DNA from: the human T2T-CHM13v2.0 reference genome, Homo sapiens
DNA length: 64,000 bases
Strand: one strand, 5' to 3'
Assembly: GCF_009914755.1 (NCBI RefSeq)
Contig: NC_060937.1
Shown: positions 1 to 13,287 of the stretch, piece after piece
Layout of the letters: every line of letters starts with the position of its first letter
Numbering within the stretch: the stretch's first letter is position 1
Translations under genes and position numbers: made by a program
Notes under the pieces: generated by a model
Database searches by the model: none
Seen by the model: only the letters and a program-made list of their open reading frames with translations
What the model was told of the DNA's origin: nothing

Positions 1-319
1 CTGGTATTTGACTCTCCCTGGTTTCTCCCAGAGGAAAGGTCATGTGAACCACGGTGGGAAAAAGGGCAATAACCAAAGAATCAAAAATAATGATGCATAT
101 TTGGTGAGAAGGTGACATGGGCTAGAACAACTCTGATTTGTCCTGGAGAGACATGGAAATTGGCATGAATTTAGTAACAGGCTGAGGCAAACAATTAGCC
201 TTTGGGAAGGGAACTAATCACACACTCATTGGGAAAAGTACTTACCAGTTATAATTAGGATTAGCACCTAAAAAAAAAAAATGAAAGAACGGAACTAGAG
301 CTGGTGTGATAGACATATG

Positions 320-620
320 GTCTACAGGAATCCAAAACCTTCCCTGATTTCTGCTTTATCATTCTTTGGGGGGCAGGGTGGTCCTTACTCTCATGGTCCA
401 GAATGGCTGCTGATGCTCCAGCCATCAAGTCATGTTCCCAACAGCAGGATGGAGGGGATAAGAAAAATGGTGTACTCCTTCCCTTTTCAAGAGACTACTC
501 TGAGGTCTCATGGAACACACAACTTCTGCTTACACCTCATTGGAAAAAACTTGGTCACATGGTCACATATAATTGCAGAGAAGACCAGGAAATAGTGTAG
601 CAATGTGCTCAGTGAAAAAT
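320..620 (-). mobile_element. Old MaLR LTR fragment (MLT1J/K/L-like)
   Basis: Contains atggctgctgatgctccagccatca and cttctgcttacacctcattgg...ggtcacatggtcaca, typical of old MLT1 LTRs read antisense; boundaries approximate. Confidence 0.6.
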
Positions 621-653
621 CATGGTTTAGTTAATTTTGGAAAAAACGGAAAA

Positions 654-791
654 GGATATTTGGAAGGTAAATGGATGTTTAGAAAGAAGGGACATGGATA
701 TTTGGAAGGTAAATGGATGTTTAGAAAGAAGGGACATGGATATTTGGAAGGTAAATGGATGTTTAGAAAGAAGGGACATGGATATTTGGAA
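654..791. repeat. 42-bp tandem repeat, about 3.3 identical copies
   Basis: Unit ggatatttggaaggtaaatggatgtttagaaagaagggacat starts at 654, 696 and 738, with a partial copy at 780. Confidence 0.97.
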
Positions 792-1562
792 TGGTACATC
801 AGGCATTCCCCAGAATGAATACGTAACTAGGTGAGCATTCACAACCCTCTGAGAAGGAATATGACAACTGCCTTAGAATCATCCGCAGTCGAGTCTTTGT
901 GGGAGTTAGAGGAGAAAAACTAGGAATGTGGCTGTCAGAAAATATCTGCAGTGACACCCTCTAGGTAAATCAGTGACCACAATGGCACCATGCAGTGGGG
1001 AGGGGATTGGCCTTCCTAACAGGATATTGAATTACCGTATTGGTTAAAAGAAGGATGAGGGAGGGGTTGACCTGTTATGGAATTGGTCATGGGAAAATTG
1101 CTCCCCAGGAGTAATTAGTGTGCTGCCTAGAGAGGCTGCTTTCAAAAGAGAGGCCATCCTTACACTTGCTCAGTGGACCTGAGCCCCGAAGGACAGCCCG
1201 TCTTACACAGGTGCGCACCGCACACGTAGAGGAGGGTTGCACTGCCTCAGCCTCCAGGCGCGATCCACCGTGTGCTTCCATCAGCGTTAAAAATGACCTG
1301 AGAGAGAAGACATAGAGATTACCAGAAAAAGCACAATCAGGATTTCCTACAGTGTTCAAGCTCTGTGGGGAGAACGATGGAAGTGGAGGGAAAGAAGGAT
1401 ACGGGGGTAGGACACGCAGACGCAGGAAGAGGGCATCAGCAAGATGCGGGAGCGAAACCCTCCACAGGCAGGAACGCACAGCCTTCTGGTGCACCAAGCC
1501 TTCAGGCTTTTCTTCCTCTGCCGCTTTCCTCTGCTCTCACTGCCCTCCTAGTTGGGCTTAGA

Positions 1563-2165
1563 CTAGTGCTATGCTGGGAAATATTTAAAATCCAGCCCAG
1601 GGAGTAGGGTTGCTGATTTGCAGCATTGGCCAATTTCTGTGGTGTAAATGCTCCCTGGAGGCAGATTTCCTGCAGCCAGTGTGACGTCACTGAACTCAGA
1701 GCTGAAAAGAGTCACACAGTAACCGCCATGGGGCAGCAGTTCAGCCTTCCAGACGGCATGATTCAAAATATCCTCAATACCAGCCCAGGCAACCTGGTGA
1801 AACCCTGTCTCTACAAAGAACACAGAAATTAGCCAGGCGTGGTAGCACATGCCTGTAGTCCCAGCTCCTTGGGAGGATCGCTGGAGCCTGGGAGGCAGAG
1901 GTGGCACTGAGCTGAGATGTTGCCACCGCCCTCCAGCCTGGGCAGCAGAGTGAGACCCTGTCTCAAAAAAAATAAATAACCTCAAGACCACAGATAGCAG
2001 TAAAGTGCTCTAATATAATCAGGAGGTGATGCTTTCTGAATGTTTACCTTGTTAAAAAAACACCATTTATTTAATGTAAGGTTGTATGGCTTGATCTTTA
2101 TTTTTAATAATGGCGAAGTTCTGATGAGAGGCTTGGCTGCTCTGACAGCTTCCGAAATACCTGTT
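1563..2165. mobile_element. MER63B-like hAT (Blackjack) DNA transposon, interrupted by an Alu fragment
   Basis: ccaatttctgtggtgtaaatgctccc, gtgacgtcactgaactcagagctg and, after the Alu, aaataacctcaagaccacagatagcagtaaa...tttttaataatggc match the MER63 consensus as recalled. Confidence 0.7.
1778..1979 (+). mobile_element. 5'-truncated Alu (AluJ-like) inside MER63
   Basis: ccaggcaacctggtgaaaccctgtctctac...gagtgagaccctgtctcaaaaaa; most of the left arm is missing. Confidence 0.9.
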
Positions 2166-3687
2166 CATTGGTGCCTTATGAATGTGTGTTCACTTATGTA
2201 TCATTATGTCTGAAGAAATGACATTCTTACTCCACGGGTGAGCCCTCTTCTCCACGGCATTAAAGGGTCATTTGTAACTTAACCTCTTGTTAACGAAGAG
2301 ATACATGAACTTGTTGCCAAAATGACTTTTTGACTCTCACTGCCTTCGGTCTTCTCTCTGCAGGTGCTGCTATCACCACAGAGCAGCCCGATTGCGGCTG
2401 GCGTGTGCCTGAGCTGGCTGTCCCTCTGGCCACATGTCCGGTGCTACAGGGTCTTCAAGGGTGTGTGGGGCTGGGCAGCATCCGCCAGGCCCAGGCCCCG
2501 GGAACTGAAGGTGTTTCCTCCACGTCAGCCTCTGCACCTCCTAAGCACACACCTGCTGCAGGTGCCAGGAGTCAGTGCCTGAGACACCTGAGGACGCCTC
2601 CTCCTTGAAGGCTGGAGTCGACTGACTGCATCTTGTACTGATTTTGCGGGGATTTCTGGTCTTTTTTATCCAATGCACGCTGGTCCCCGCCGCTGCTGGA
2701 GTGAGGCTGGTTGTCTCTGAGTGGGCTCTGCACCCTCACAGCAGGCATCCTGACCCCTTTCTTTCCCACTCCAAGCTCACATGCTGGATCCCGCACCACA
2801 GACAGCCCCGAGGCCGCGCTCACAAGACCAGATGGCCAGCTCGCCATTTCTACCTTTCGGTGTCCAGGAGTTTTTCTTTTGTCTTTACTTGTTTATTGAG
2901 GAATGAAGAGTCAATGAAGACTGATCAAGACACTGCCTTGAAAGGGTTTCATGGGCAAAGAACAAAAGCAAATCAAAGGGTTCATCCAGGCAAGGGGCTG
3001 ACGCTCTTCCCCTGTTGGGGAGGAGGAACAGATGAGGGCGGGGAGGACACAGCCCAGGACTCACAAGGCCCTGCCGTCCACATTTCCTGAGAACTGCGAA
3101 GCATCGTGCAGCCACGAGTTTCCCCAGACACCAGCACCCATCCCCAGGCCTGCGGGTCAGTGATTCTAGCTCATCTGATGGGCCGTCCATAGGGAAGGGA
3201 TGGGCCCGCAGACCTGCCTGTTTGGTTGATTGAAGTGGGACCTCTTTCACGACGAACGCCAGATTGAAATTCATCACAGCAAATGCCTAAGTTTGGAGAA
3301 CAATATATTTATAGTGAGCTGATTAGATATCAGATGCACCTTTTCTCAACAAGTCGTTCTCTCACCAGTCTGATTTCTAACCTCCTGAAGAGCAAAACCT
3401 GTCACCGACCCAGGAGCAGCAGGCAGAAGAGAAATTCCAAAACATCCTGAAGAGCAAGAGGCTCTGTGGAAAATACCAGGGCTTGTGCAGGCGGGGGAGC
3501 TCACCGCCCTGGGCCAGAAGCCCCTCACCTGGAGGCAGCGGGTGCTGCCCTGAGTCAGGGCCCACAGGAGGCTTCTGGGCACAGACACACCCTGCAGAGA
3601 GGGTCCTGCTGGAACGCTTTGACATTTCTAGGATCTGGACTGTCCACGGGGAGAGACCAGGAGGGCATGAGAAATACGCTGAGTTGG

Positions 3688-4055
3688 GGCCGGGTGCAGT
3701 GGCTCATGCCTGTCATCCTAGCACTTTGGGAGGCCAAGACGGGTGGATCACATGAGGCTAGGAGTTTGAGACCAGCTTGGCCAGCATGATGAAACCCCGT
3801 ATCTACTAAAAATACAAATATTAGCTGGGCTTGATGGTGCACACCTGTAGTCCCAGCTACTTGGGAGGCTGAAGCAGGAGAATCACTTGAACTTGGGAGG
3901 CTGAGGCAGGAGAATCACTTGAACTTGGGAGGCTGAGGCAGGAGAATCACTTGAACCCAGGAGGCGGAGGAGGTTGCAGTGAGCAGAAATCGTGCCACTG
4001 CTCTCCAGCCTGGGCTACAGAGTAAGACTCTGTCTCAAAAAGAAAAAAAAAAAAA
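3688..4055 (+). mobile_element. AluS with an internal 32-bp triplication
   Basis: Full dimer starting ggccgggtgcagtggctca with A-tail; TSD agaaatacgctgagttgg (3670-3687) / agaaacacactgagttgg (4056-4073); 32-bp unit repeated three times at 3861-3956. Confidence 0.97.
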
Positions 4056-4206
4056 AGAAACACACTGAGTTGGAACTCACTATATCACAAACATTGAGGC
4101 CTACTTGCATAACACAGTTGTTCCAAGCAACAAATGTCACCAAATGCACGCACTGTCGCCCAGTGTGACGTTTCTAAGGTGAATGCACAATGCGAGGACA
4201 TGGAAG

Positions 4207-4348
4207 CCTGGAGGATGCGGGAAAGGCGCGTGTGGCCTGTGCTGGGCACCTCCCATCAGCCAGATGCACCTGCGCTCCTGGAGGATGTAGGAAAGGGGCA
4301 TGTGGCCTGTGCTGGGCACCTCCCGTCAGCCAGACGCTCCTGCACTCC
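4207..4348. repeat. 70-bp tandem duplication
   Basis: cctggaggatg...tgtggcctgtgctgggcacctccc...cagccaga occurs twice with period 70. Confidence 0.9.
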
Positions 4349-5779
4349 CACCCCGGCCATTCCCTTTCCTTTCTTCCGCCAACTCTTCACATAGCCCATG
4401 ATTTTGGGGGGAAGAATTATTTACCAAATTTTTAAATCCATTTTTTCTTCCTCAATCTAGACTAATTTCTCAGGTCTGAGGCCTGGAAAGCTTTATTCCC
4501 CAGGCCACTGAACTGCCCTCCTGGAGAGCGGGCCAATGCTATGATTGCCTCTGAGGCCGTTTGAACCTGGAGCTCCCTTTCCTCTCCTACTAAAATCCAG
4601 AAGAACGAGAGGTAAATAAACAAGGCTCTCCCAGACAGCATGGGGCAATGAGCCTGTTTCCTGAAGTCCCAGCGGCCACACAGCTGAACCTTGCAAACTT
4701 CTTATCAAACTCTCAGCCCAAGAACAATTAGCCAGGATCAACACCCCAGCAAAGGTCATTTGGGTTTGGATTACAAATTGCCATCACCTCAGAGAAGAGG
4801 AGAGGGGATCTGTTTGAGAAGAATGTTTCTCTGCAGCTAAGGATTAGCAGGCATCCACAAGCCCGCCCTGCAGAGATCTTCGAAAGGTAAGGCGTGTGCG
4901 TGCTTCCTGGGTTGGCTGCGGAAAGGGCTTCTCCAGGATGCAGCCAGATGGACAGGTCTGTGGAGCACTCACTTCTGTGAGGACAATTATCTTGTGTTCC
5001 TGAGGGATTGGGGTTTCATCTCTAGGACTCACATAATGTTGCTGCCATTTTCTGTTCCTTCCACTCTCAATTGCTCAGGTGAGGAGTCCTGGATGCATCA
5101 TGAATTCACTTGGGTTCATGGGTCTCATTGATAGAGGAGAATCTCATCTGTTTGTTTCATGATTTAAAAAGTGGGGGGCTCTGGGAAATAAACCAACAGT
5201 ATTAGGACACATTAAATGTTATAAATGACATTTAATGGAAAATGTTATAAATGGGATCCAATTCGTTTTAGAAAGCATTTCAATTTAGAGTACGCAGCTT
5301 AAATAAACTGGCTTTTCCTGGATCAGGGAAAGAATGAGGTCCAGGAGGTGCAGGATCCCAGTGAACAGCCACGGCCTCCTTGGGAAAACAGAGTATCTGA
5401 AATGATGAGGGAAAGGGATGTGGATTTAGCAAACCTTACAAGTTTCACCTGAAACAGAAGACGGCTGCGTGAGGGGAGTTTCCCCTAGTGTTCCCCTTGG
5501 CTCCCGGTGTGCCGGCTGGTTGTCCTGCCGCAGGCATTCCCCCCGTCTCCTGCTCAGCTTCCTTGGGCAGGGGGTGAGGGTGAGGGTGAGATGCCCGCAG
5601 TACAGCCCTCAGACTTCAGGAGAGGGCCAGTGGGGCTGAGGGTGGGTTCTGCTAAGCTTTCACAATGGCAAACTTTTCCACAGCCAAAGGTGAGAAGCAG
5701 AACCTCCCATGTCTCCAGAACTGGCTATTTATTATTTTTCTAGTTATGTGCATTCTTGTTCAGTTGATGAAATCATGTT

Positions 5780-6200
5780 CAAAAGTATAAAGCAAAAGTA
5801 CTCAGCACACTCAGTACTTCCACACGGTACTGAGGGTGTGGACACTCTAGAGGGGAATCTTGCTGTTTCCAGAATCACCAAAATGATGATAACTTTGACC
5901 CTCTAATTCCAGCCTCAGAAATTTCTCCTAAGGAAACAAAGCTAAATAATGTACACGAAAAGATACATAATAATATAATAGACAATAATTGGTAAGAAAA
6001 AGGTGATGAGGGAGGCATTTGTAAACAATGGTGTTAGCTCTGTTGGAATTTTGTTTTGAAATCATTTAACCATATGGAAATTGTGAATGACAATGAAAAA
6101 TGACCAAGGCAGATATGGATGTGTATGGTTCACATGGATTACATAGACAAGAAAAATTCACACAAAAAGGAAAGCCGGAAAGAAATGAGCGGTCTTTTTT
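5780..6200 (+). mobile_element. Ancient L1 (L1ME-like) 3' fragment
   Basis: actttgaccctctaattccagcctcagaaatttctcctaaggaaa resembles the L1M 3' region; highly diverged. Confidence 0.45.
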
Positions 6201-6294
6201 TTAATCTGGTGATAAGGCGTTTTAGCTATTTTGTAGTAATTTTGGATATATTTGAATTTATATTTAGCCTCTTATACTTTCTACTTATTCCACC

Positions 6295-6770
6295 TGTGTT
6301 AGGCGGAATTCCAAATGTCCTCCGGTTCCCTCTCCATCATGGAGGCCCCTCCCCTGGAGTGTGGGCGGGACTGTGAACAGGTGCATCAGTGGCCACTTTG
6401 ATTAGGCCACGTCACCCAGGACCCGTCTTATGGCCTACCTGCTGCCTTGTCTGAGAGGCCAGGACCTGGGGAGCTTCCAGAGCTAAAAGCAACCCCCACC
6501 CAACAGCCAGAAGAAAATTAGACTTCAGTACTGGAACCTCAGGGAACTCAGTTCTCCCCGCAACCAGTGAGCTTGGGAAAGGTCCTGAGCTTCAGATGCC
6601 ATCACAGCCCTGGCTGCTGTGCTTTCGGCCTGGCGAGACCCTGACCGGAGGACGCAGCCCACCCACCTCCAGACCCGTGGCCCACTGAGACAGTGAGATG
6701 ATGTGTGTGTGTGCTGTTTAAAGGCACTGAGTTTGTAATGATTTGTCACGCAGTATCACAGCACACAACA
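6295..6770 (+). mobile_element. MaLR LTR (MLT1E/F-like)
   Basis: Starts tgtgttaggcggaattcc; contains ggaactcagttctcc...caaccagtgagcttgg and the MLT1 3' end tgctgtttaaaggcactgagtttg...gatttgtcacgcag. Confidence 0.75.
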
Positions 6771-6789
6771 CCATACACACCTGGTTCAC

Positions 6790-9700
6790 AGTTCTTTGTT
6801 TTCTCTTGAATTGTTTTAGATTTGTTGGGTTTTTTCTCTGATTTTTTCTTTCTCCCCCTACTGGTATGGTAGTTATCAATTGTATTTCTGTTCCTTTAGT
6901 AGCTGTGGTTATTAACACAAAAAATTAACATATCAGAGTCTGAAGGTAGTCAATAGATTTAGCATCTGTAGGTGACTTTAGAAACAGAACAATTCCGTTC
7001 ATCTCCTCCATCCTGACTTTTATACTATTGCTGCCACTTACTGGAATCCAGCATTGGTTGTTTTCCTTTTAATTCACTGGACATGATTATTACTGCTTTA
7101 TACAGCCAGTGTTTACATGGGTTCCCCATGGACTTACCATGCTTCGCATCTCCACACCATCTTTCACTTCAGACCACACAGCTGGGATCACACCCTTCTG
7201 CTTAACATCACATTCCGCATTTCTGGCTTTCTGCAGGTGCCTTTCCTCCTCCTCTGCATCTGAAGGACAATTTAGCTGGGTATAGGATTTGAAGCACTCA
7301 TTTTCTGTCCATTTGTTGAGGATATAACTCTACCTTTTCTGGCTTCCATTACTGATGAGTCAGCTGTTGGTTTCTCCTTGTTAAAAGTAGTTTATCCTTT
7401 CTCATTGGGTGCTTTGAAGACATATTCTTCCTCTCATTGCTCATGTTCTTTTACTGTGCTGTATCTAGGTATGCATTTTTCTTTATTATGATGTTTATGA
7501 ATCATGGGCATTCTTCAATCTGCACAGTCTTATCTTCCATGAATTATGGAAAATCTCAGCTACTGTTTCTTCAAATATTGTCTCTGGCCCAGTCTTACTC
7601 TTTCACTTTTCTTTTGAGATTCGGGGTGGATATATGTCACAACCAAATAATACCCTCTGTGTTTTTAAGTCTTCCTCCATATTTTCTGTCTCTTTATTTC
7701 TCTGTGCTGCCTTCTCTATAACGTCTTCACATCTATCTCTTCCAGTTCATTAACTTTTTCTTCAGCTGAGCTAATCTGCTTTTAACCCTGTCAATTAAGG
7801 TTTTAAATTAGTATATTCTCTTAAAAAATTGTTTTTGGTTTCCAGTTTTCATGACACCTGTCCCTTTACCCCTATTTTAGATCTTTATTTAAACATATTA
7901 AACAGACTTTATTTCCTGTGTGTCAAATTTAACATCTTCAGCTGTTGCCATCTTTTTTATTCTCTTTTAGTTTTCATCTCTTTGCTGAAATTTCCCATCT
8001 GTTCATGAATAGTGTTCATCATTTCCACTAGTGCCATTAAAGTATTAATCATAGTTATTTGAAGTCTCTGTGTGCAGTAGTTCTGACTCTCGGGTCATAT
8101 CTGAATCTAGTTCTATTGATTGCTTTATTTTTTAACAGTGAGCCGCCCTCCTCTGACCCTCTGCCTTCCTCCTTTCCCCACCGCCCCTCCGCTTCTCTCT
8201 CTCCTTTTCTTTATTTCTCTTACATGTTTTGGTTGAAAATGACACAATGTGTGGGGGCAATACTGAGTAAATATTCATGCCTGGGAGGCTGCAGGTCCTT
8301 TCTGCTTGGCTATTGAAGGCTGAGTCGGTCTAGCTGGGAGTTGAGCTGAGTTTGGGATATCTTGTTGCCTTCCAGGCACCACCAGCTTCAACTCCTCAAG
8401 CTTCACCAGAGGGAAGGGACTGCTTTGCCACAGAACTTTTCTTGAGGTTTGCTTCATTCTCAGTTTTGGGCTTTTCATTCTCACCGTGCCCCATGCGCTT
8501 GCCTGTCCCATGGTAGACTGTGTGTTTCCCACATGGCTCCTGCTGGCCTTGGTGGATGCCAAAGGGCCTTCTCTGTTGTCCTGGTACAGACTCAGTCTCA
8601 GGCAGGCATGGCCTCCCTGGTCTTGGAAGGGGAGACTTTTCTCAGTCATTCTTTCTGTCTCTGGGCAATAGGAAATCTGTAATGATTCAGACGCAAGATG
8701 GTTTCCTGCGCCTCACCCAGGGGTAGAGGGTTTTTCTTTTCCCTTCCTCCAGCCACATCGGGTTTTCATCTGTACTTTCAGGGGGAGTGACAGGTTTTGT
8801 TGGAGAAGGGTCCAGGTGAGGCTTTCTGCCATCCCACTCATGCCTGTGACTCTTGCAGGTTTCATGATCTCACATTAACCCACACTCTCAGCTAAATTCC
8901 TCTCGCCTGTCTCTAACCAATGGGCAGCCCCATCCTCTTCCTGTGCCCCAAGCCAGGTGAGACAACACTCTTGCCCCATCTCTTCTTGCAGGCACCTGTT
9001 TCTCTCTAGATTTCAGTCTAGTTGGATGACCTGCACCCTCAGCTCTCTGAGGTCCAAGGGAAGGCATGAGGATAGATCATCAGCTTTGTCGTGTGGCCAG
9101 GCATAAGCGACTGTCCTTCCCAGCTGCCTGGATCTGCTATTCAACTTCCAGCAACTGCTCACTATGATACCTTGAACCAGTTCCCTCTGAGCGCACTCCA
9201 TTTTTCCCCCAATCCTTTGCTATTTCAAACACCTCTGTGAAAAATACCATTATTTCTCACACCTGTGAGTATGCCTGAATAAATGCCTAGAAGTGGAGTC
9301 GCTGAGTTGAAGGGATGCCGCCTCTGTAGTATTGACAGGAATTGCCACGTTGCTCTCTGCAAAGGTTGTAGGGGCTCCCGATACACAGCTCCCACCCTTA
9401 CCATGGTTTTTTTTTTTTAATCTTTACCTGCTCAAGAAATGAAAAAATGTTTCTATATAGTTTTAATTCACTTTTCTCTTATTAAAATGTGGTTCAGCTT
9501 CCTTTCATTTTAAAGCTATTCGCATTGAACTACAGTTAAAAATAGTGAAGTTTTACGAGTTTTTTACGACAGTAAAAAGCTAGTTACATTCTTGTCTATG
9601 AACTAAATATTCATATTTTAAACCACTTACAATTCATGTGTTGGTCTTTGTTCTGTTTCAGTTGTTTCTTCTGGGTTTCTGTGTAGATATTTTCCTCGAA

Positions 9701-11150
9701 TAAGGCTAAAATTGTATTCTCCTTTAAATAATATTGGGAAGTGTTGGCATTCCTGTTTTCCCCTTGACTTTACCAGAAATCCTTTACTACTCTCAATTAA
9801 CTGGGGGTTGGCTTTTGGTTTGATGGGGTCAGTATTTACCAGAAGAAAATTTCTATTCCTAGTTTCTTAAAAACATCTTTTAGTCATGAAGCATTTTGTT
9901 TTCCCCTTGAAAAATGTAATCAAAATTAAAATTAGTATTGCATTTAATTTGTGAATTTGTTTCAGGAAAACTATAGTTACATAAGTTTCTGGCGTTTAAT
10001 CCTATGCATAAATGGATTAAATATTTACCACCAATCCTATCTACCATGGCACTCCCATTCTGGAGTCACTGCTTAGATTCTTTAATTAGTTCATCTATAT
10101 ATTTGAGTATTTTTTAAGGAACAATATGTGGAGGTTTGTTTTCTGAATTCTTAAGTAAGAATATCTTTCTCTTGCCTTCACCTATGAACAATAATGTGGC
10201 TAGACAATTCCTGGCCCCAATTTTTTACCCTCAGAATCCCGTAGTCCTTGCTCTATTGTAGCCTCACATCAAAACCAGCCTGATGTTTTTTCCGTTTAAT
10301 ATTTTATAAGCATCTACTTGGTTGCATGTCGACATTTTTATGCTTGGAAAGGAAAGATTTACCTGGGCTGTGTCTGCTTATAAGTCTTCCTTTTATTGTT
10401 TATTTTACTTGGAGTGTGGCATGTCATTTCAAACTAAAGATTCAGGTCTTCAGCTTAGAAATGTTTTCTTAAATTATAACTTTGACTCTTGTGTCTCTTT
10501 CACTTATTCCAGCCTCTTCTTCAGAAATGCCAGTTCCTTGTGTGTTTAATGTTTGCCGTATGTCCCCTGAACCTACTGCCTCCTTCTCACAGCGTTTGCT
10601 TCTTTGTTCATTTTCTTTACTTTCATCCTCTGTATCATTGAGCCAATGTTCTGCAACTTCATCTGGGATTTTTCTTTTCCAACACTGTTAGAAATTTTGC
10701 TACGATAGTCTTTCTTTTATTACATTCTTTCCATAATTGTTCCAGCTACTAGATAAAACTAGCCAGTTATCACATCCTTTAGCTCAAGTTCGTAGACTTC
10801 ACGTTGTCATTATACTTTACGGAGAATGCAAAGCAGGTATATAAAACTTCCTTCTTTTTCCTGTAGTTAACCTTTTTCAAAACTGTGCTAGTCTTCTCCC
10901 TCAAATATTAGGTTTATCCCTTTTGTATAGAAAACTATTTCCATAGATGTTGTATGAAGATTTTGTTGTGCTTTCTGTAAACTTGCCTTTGGATCAGGAG
11001 AGGTTTACGTCAGCCTGGTATTTCCCTTGAGTGTTGTCTCTTAGTTTGTTCACTGTTCACCTGTGTGCTCTTAAAATTCTGTTATTTGCTTTTAAGCTAA
11101 TAAATCACTTGATGATAATGTATATCTTTGTTTGGTAGTCTAACAGCATG
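6790..11150 (-). mobile_element. Cluster of ancient, fragmented antisense L1M/HAL1-like sequence
   Basis: T-rich + strand with L1M-type antisense motifs (tttagctgggtataggatt, ctttgctgaaatttcccatctgttcatg, gtctctgtgtgcagtagttctgac...tctagttctattgattgc, atgcctagaagtggagtcgctgagttgaaggg); subfamilies and limits not resolvable by eye. Confidence 0.55.
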
Positions 11151-13287
11151 GCCAGGCAGAGGTGCTGGGCAGGTGGGCAAACCTGCATATTAGTAGCCTT
11201 GTTTTTTCAGTACAGATGTGAGGTTGTGTGGCTTCCATTCTGTCTACAGAATGTGGTTGGATCTGAGTTTGTTACTGATGTCACCATCCCTGACATCCAG
11301 CAGGATTGCCATATTTCCTAGGAGGATGCCTGTGCATCAGAAAGAATGGAAGCAGGAAAAACTCTCACCACCCATGCTTGTTCTTGGGTCTTCTGACTGA
11401 GGGGTTTCAGATACTCTGCCACATAGCCATGAACTGTTCCAAACAGGAGTTCAGTGTCTCTCCCCCTAACAAGGAGACTTTTTGTATAGTTGAAGCCGAA
11501 ATTGTTTCTGCTTGCATTCCATGACATTGCATATTTTCTCGAGAAAATCAGCTTGGTGTTCCACTGGGTACCAGATGCACTGTGATCGCTAAAAGAGTTT
11601 CGGGACTTCCATTTCTTACTGCAACACCTTAGCATGGAGCAGACCAGCCTTCCCATCAAGAGCCTGTAGAAGAGCATCACAGAATTCCTTCGAAATATCT
11701 GTGAGGGCACTGGAGAGCCACTAGGCCAGCTAGAGGTGCAGGGCCAAGCCCAGGGGATGGGAACTTGCTGAGGAGAGCCCCTTGTTCTGTACAGCTCTTG
11801 CTTCTGGGCCTTGGCTGATGTATAAACACCGCAGGCCAAGAAATGGAAACTCTCTGCAGAGCTCAGACCTCTCAGACCTCTGAGGAGCTAAGGGCACTAA
11901 GGGAGAGCTAAGAGGAGAACTTCTAGAAGTTTCACGGAGCTGGTGAGACTAAAAGTGGAGTTCAGGTTACAAAGGTAGTTGTGGCTGGAGGAACTCGGAG
12001 CCCAGACAAAAGGGGCAGACGCATAAGTGTGGGTGGTCTTTCAGCTGGAGGTGTTGCTGAATCCTCGCCATTCAAGGCAAGAGATCCAGCCATGGCAAAG
12101 AGCCCAGTGGTCTCGGAGTGCTTGGGATATAAAGGTTAGAGTCCAGGGCCCACTGAGGAGGAATTAGGAAAGCACTCCGGACTACTCCAGATTAATGTTT
12201 TACTCAGGAGATCGGGAGCGGGGGTGCAGGGGCTGAAGAAGATCCCCCAACCTTGTACACAGGTGTTCCCATCTAGTAAGCCAGCTGCACAAAGCTGGGA
12301 CAGCCAAGAGGACAAGTGTCCCCGAGGGCCACCCCCATGTCCAAAGTAGAGTCACCTTCTAAGCTGACACCTCTGTTCTGCAAAGCTCCTCTAAGGGCTG
12401 ATGATTTTTGGATGCCAATAATCTTGCAATGGGAATTAGAAGCAAACAGGCGTGGTGGGAAATGTCACAAATGCTTTGACTCTGCTGGTGGGGACGCTCT
12501 TGTGTGGAGAGGCCGTGGTTGGGGTTTGATCCCAGCTCTGCCACCAGGCAGCTTTGTTCCCTTAGTGCCTCGGCTTTCTTGTCTGAAGGGAATGGGCTGA
12601 ACAGTTCTCTCTGGAGCTCCATTTGGCTCTGAATTGGGGTGCTGGGGATGGCAGTTGAATTGTGGTTCATTGCTATGCATATAGAGTGATGCCATCATTA
12701 AACTTGACATGAGGCTGGACAGTTAAGGCATTGGGCTAGTATAAAAGATATCCAGATGTGGCGGATTTGCATATTCATGCCTCACTGCTATTCCCAGGGA
12801 ATCTGAAATGTCAGAACTGTATTCACGCCAGTTGTGGGCCTGCAGTGTCATGGTCCAAGGTCTGCTTGCCAAGCAGAGGAGGGCATCATACAGCCTCGCC
12901 GTGCAGAGGAGGGCGTCGCACAGCCAAAATCATGAAGTTGGGATGATTGTTGTTTCCTTGAACCTCCAAATCCCCAAAATGCCTCATCAGCCACTAAGTA
13001 CTTAGGAAAAGTCCGCATATTTAGTGAAATTGGTGAAGTAATCACATTAATTTCAAGTGCAGAATGAAGGTAGCCTCAGCCATGGTACAATTTAAGAGGT
13101 GAAAAAATTGCTTACCTCCAAGAAGGCGACTGAGACAGGAACATGCATGAATTCACTCTGAACGTTGCCAATGTCAAGTTAGGTCCAGGGTGGCGGGGGC
13201 AGAGCTGCTGTTGGGCTCCAGGCCCAGCTGTCTCTAGTGGTCAGCTCCACCACCTCCTAAAGACTAACCTAGTCCAATCCATGGTTT

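Noticed and set aside
573-842. Repetitive ORFs such as (GYLEGKWMFRKKGH)n
   Set aside because: Consequence of a 42-bp unit being a multiple of 3
11318-11839. 173 aa minus-strand ORF as a possible pseudogene
   Set aside because: No recognisable homology, poly-A or TSD; adjacent to decayed L1-like sequence
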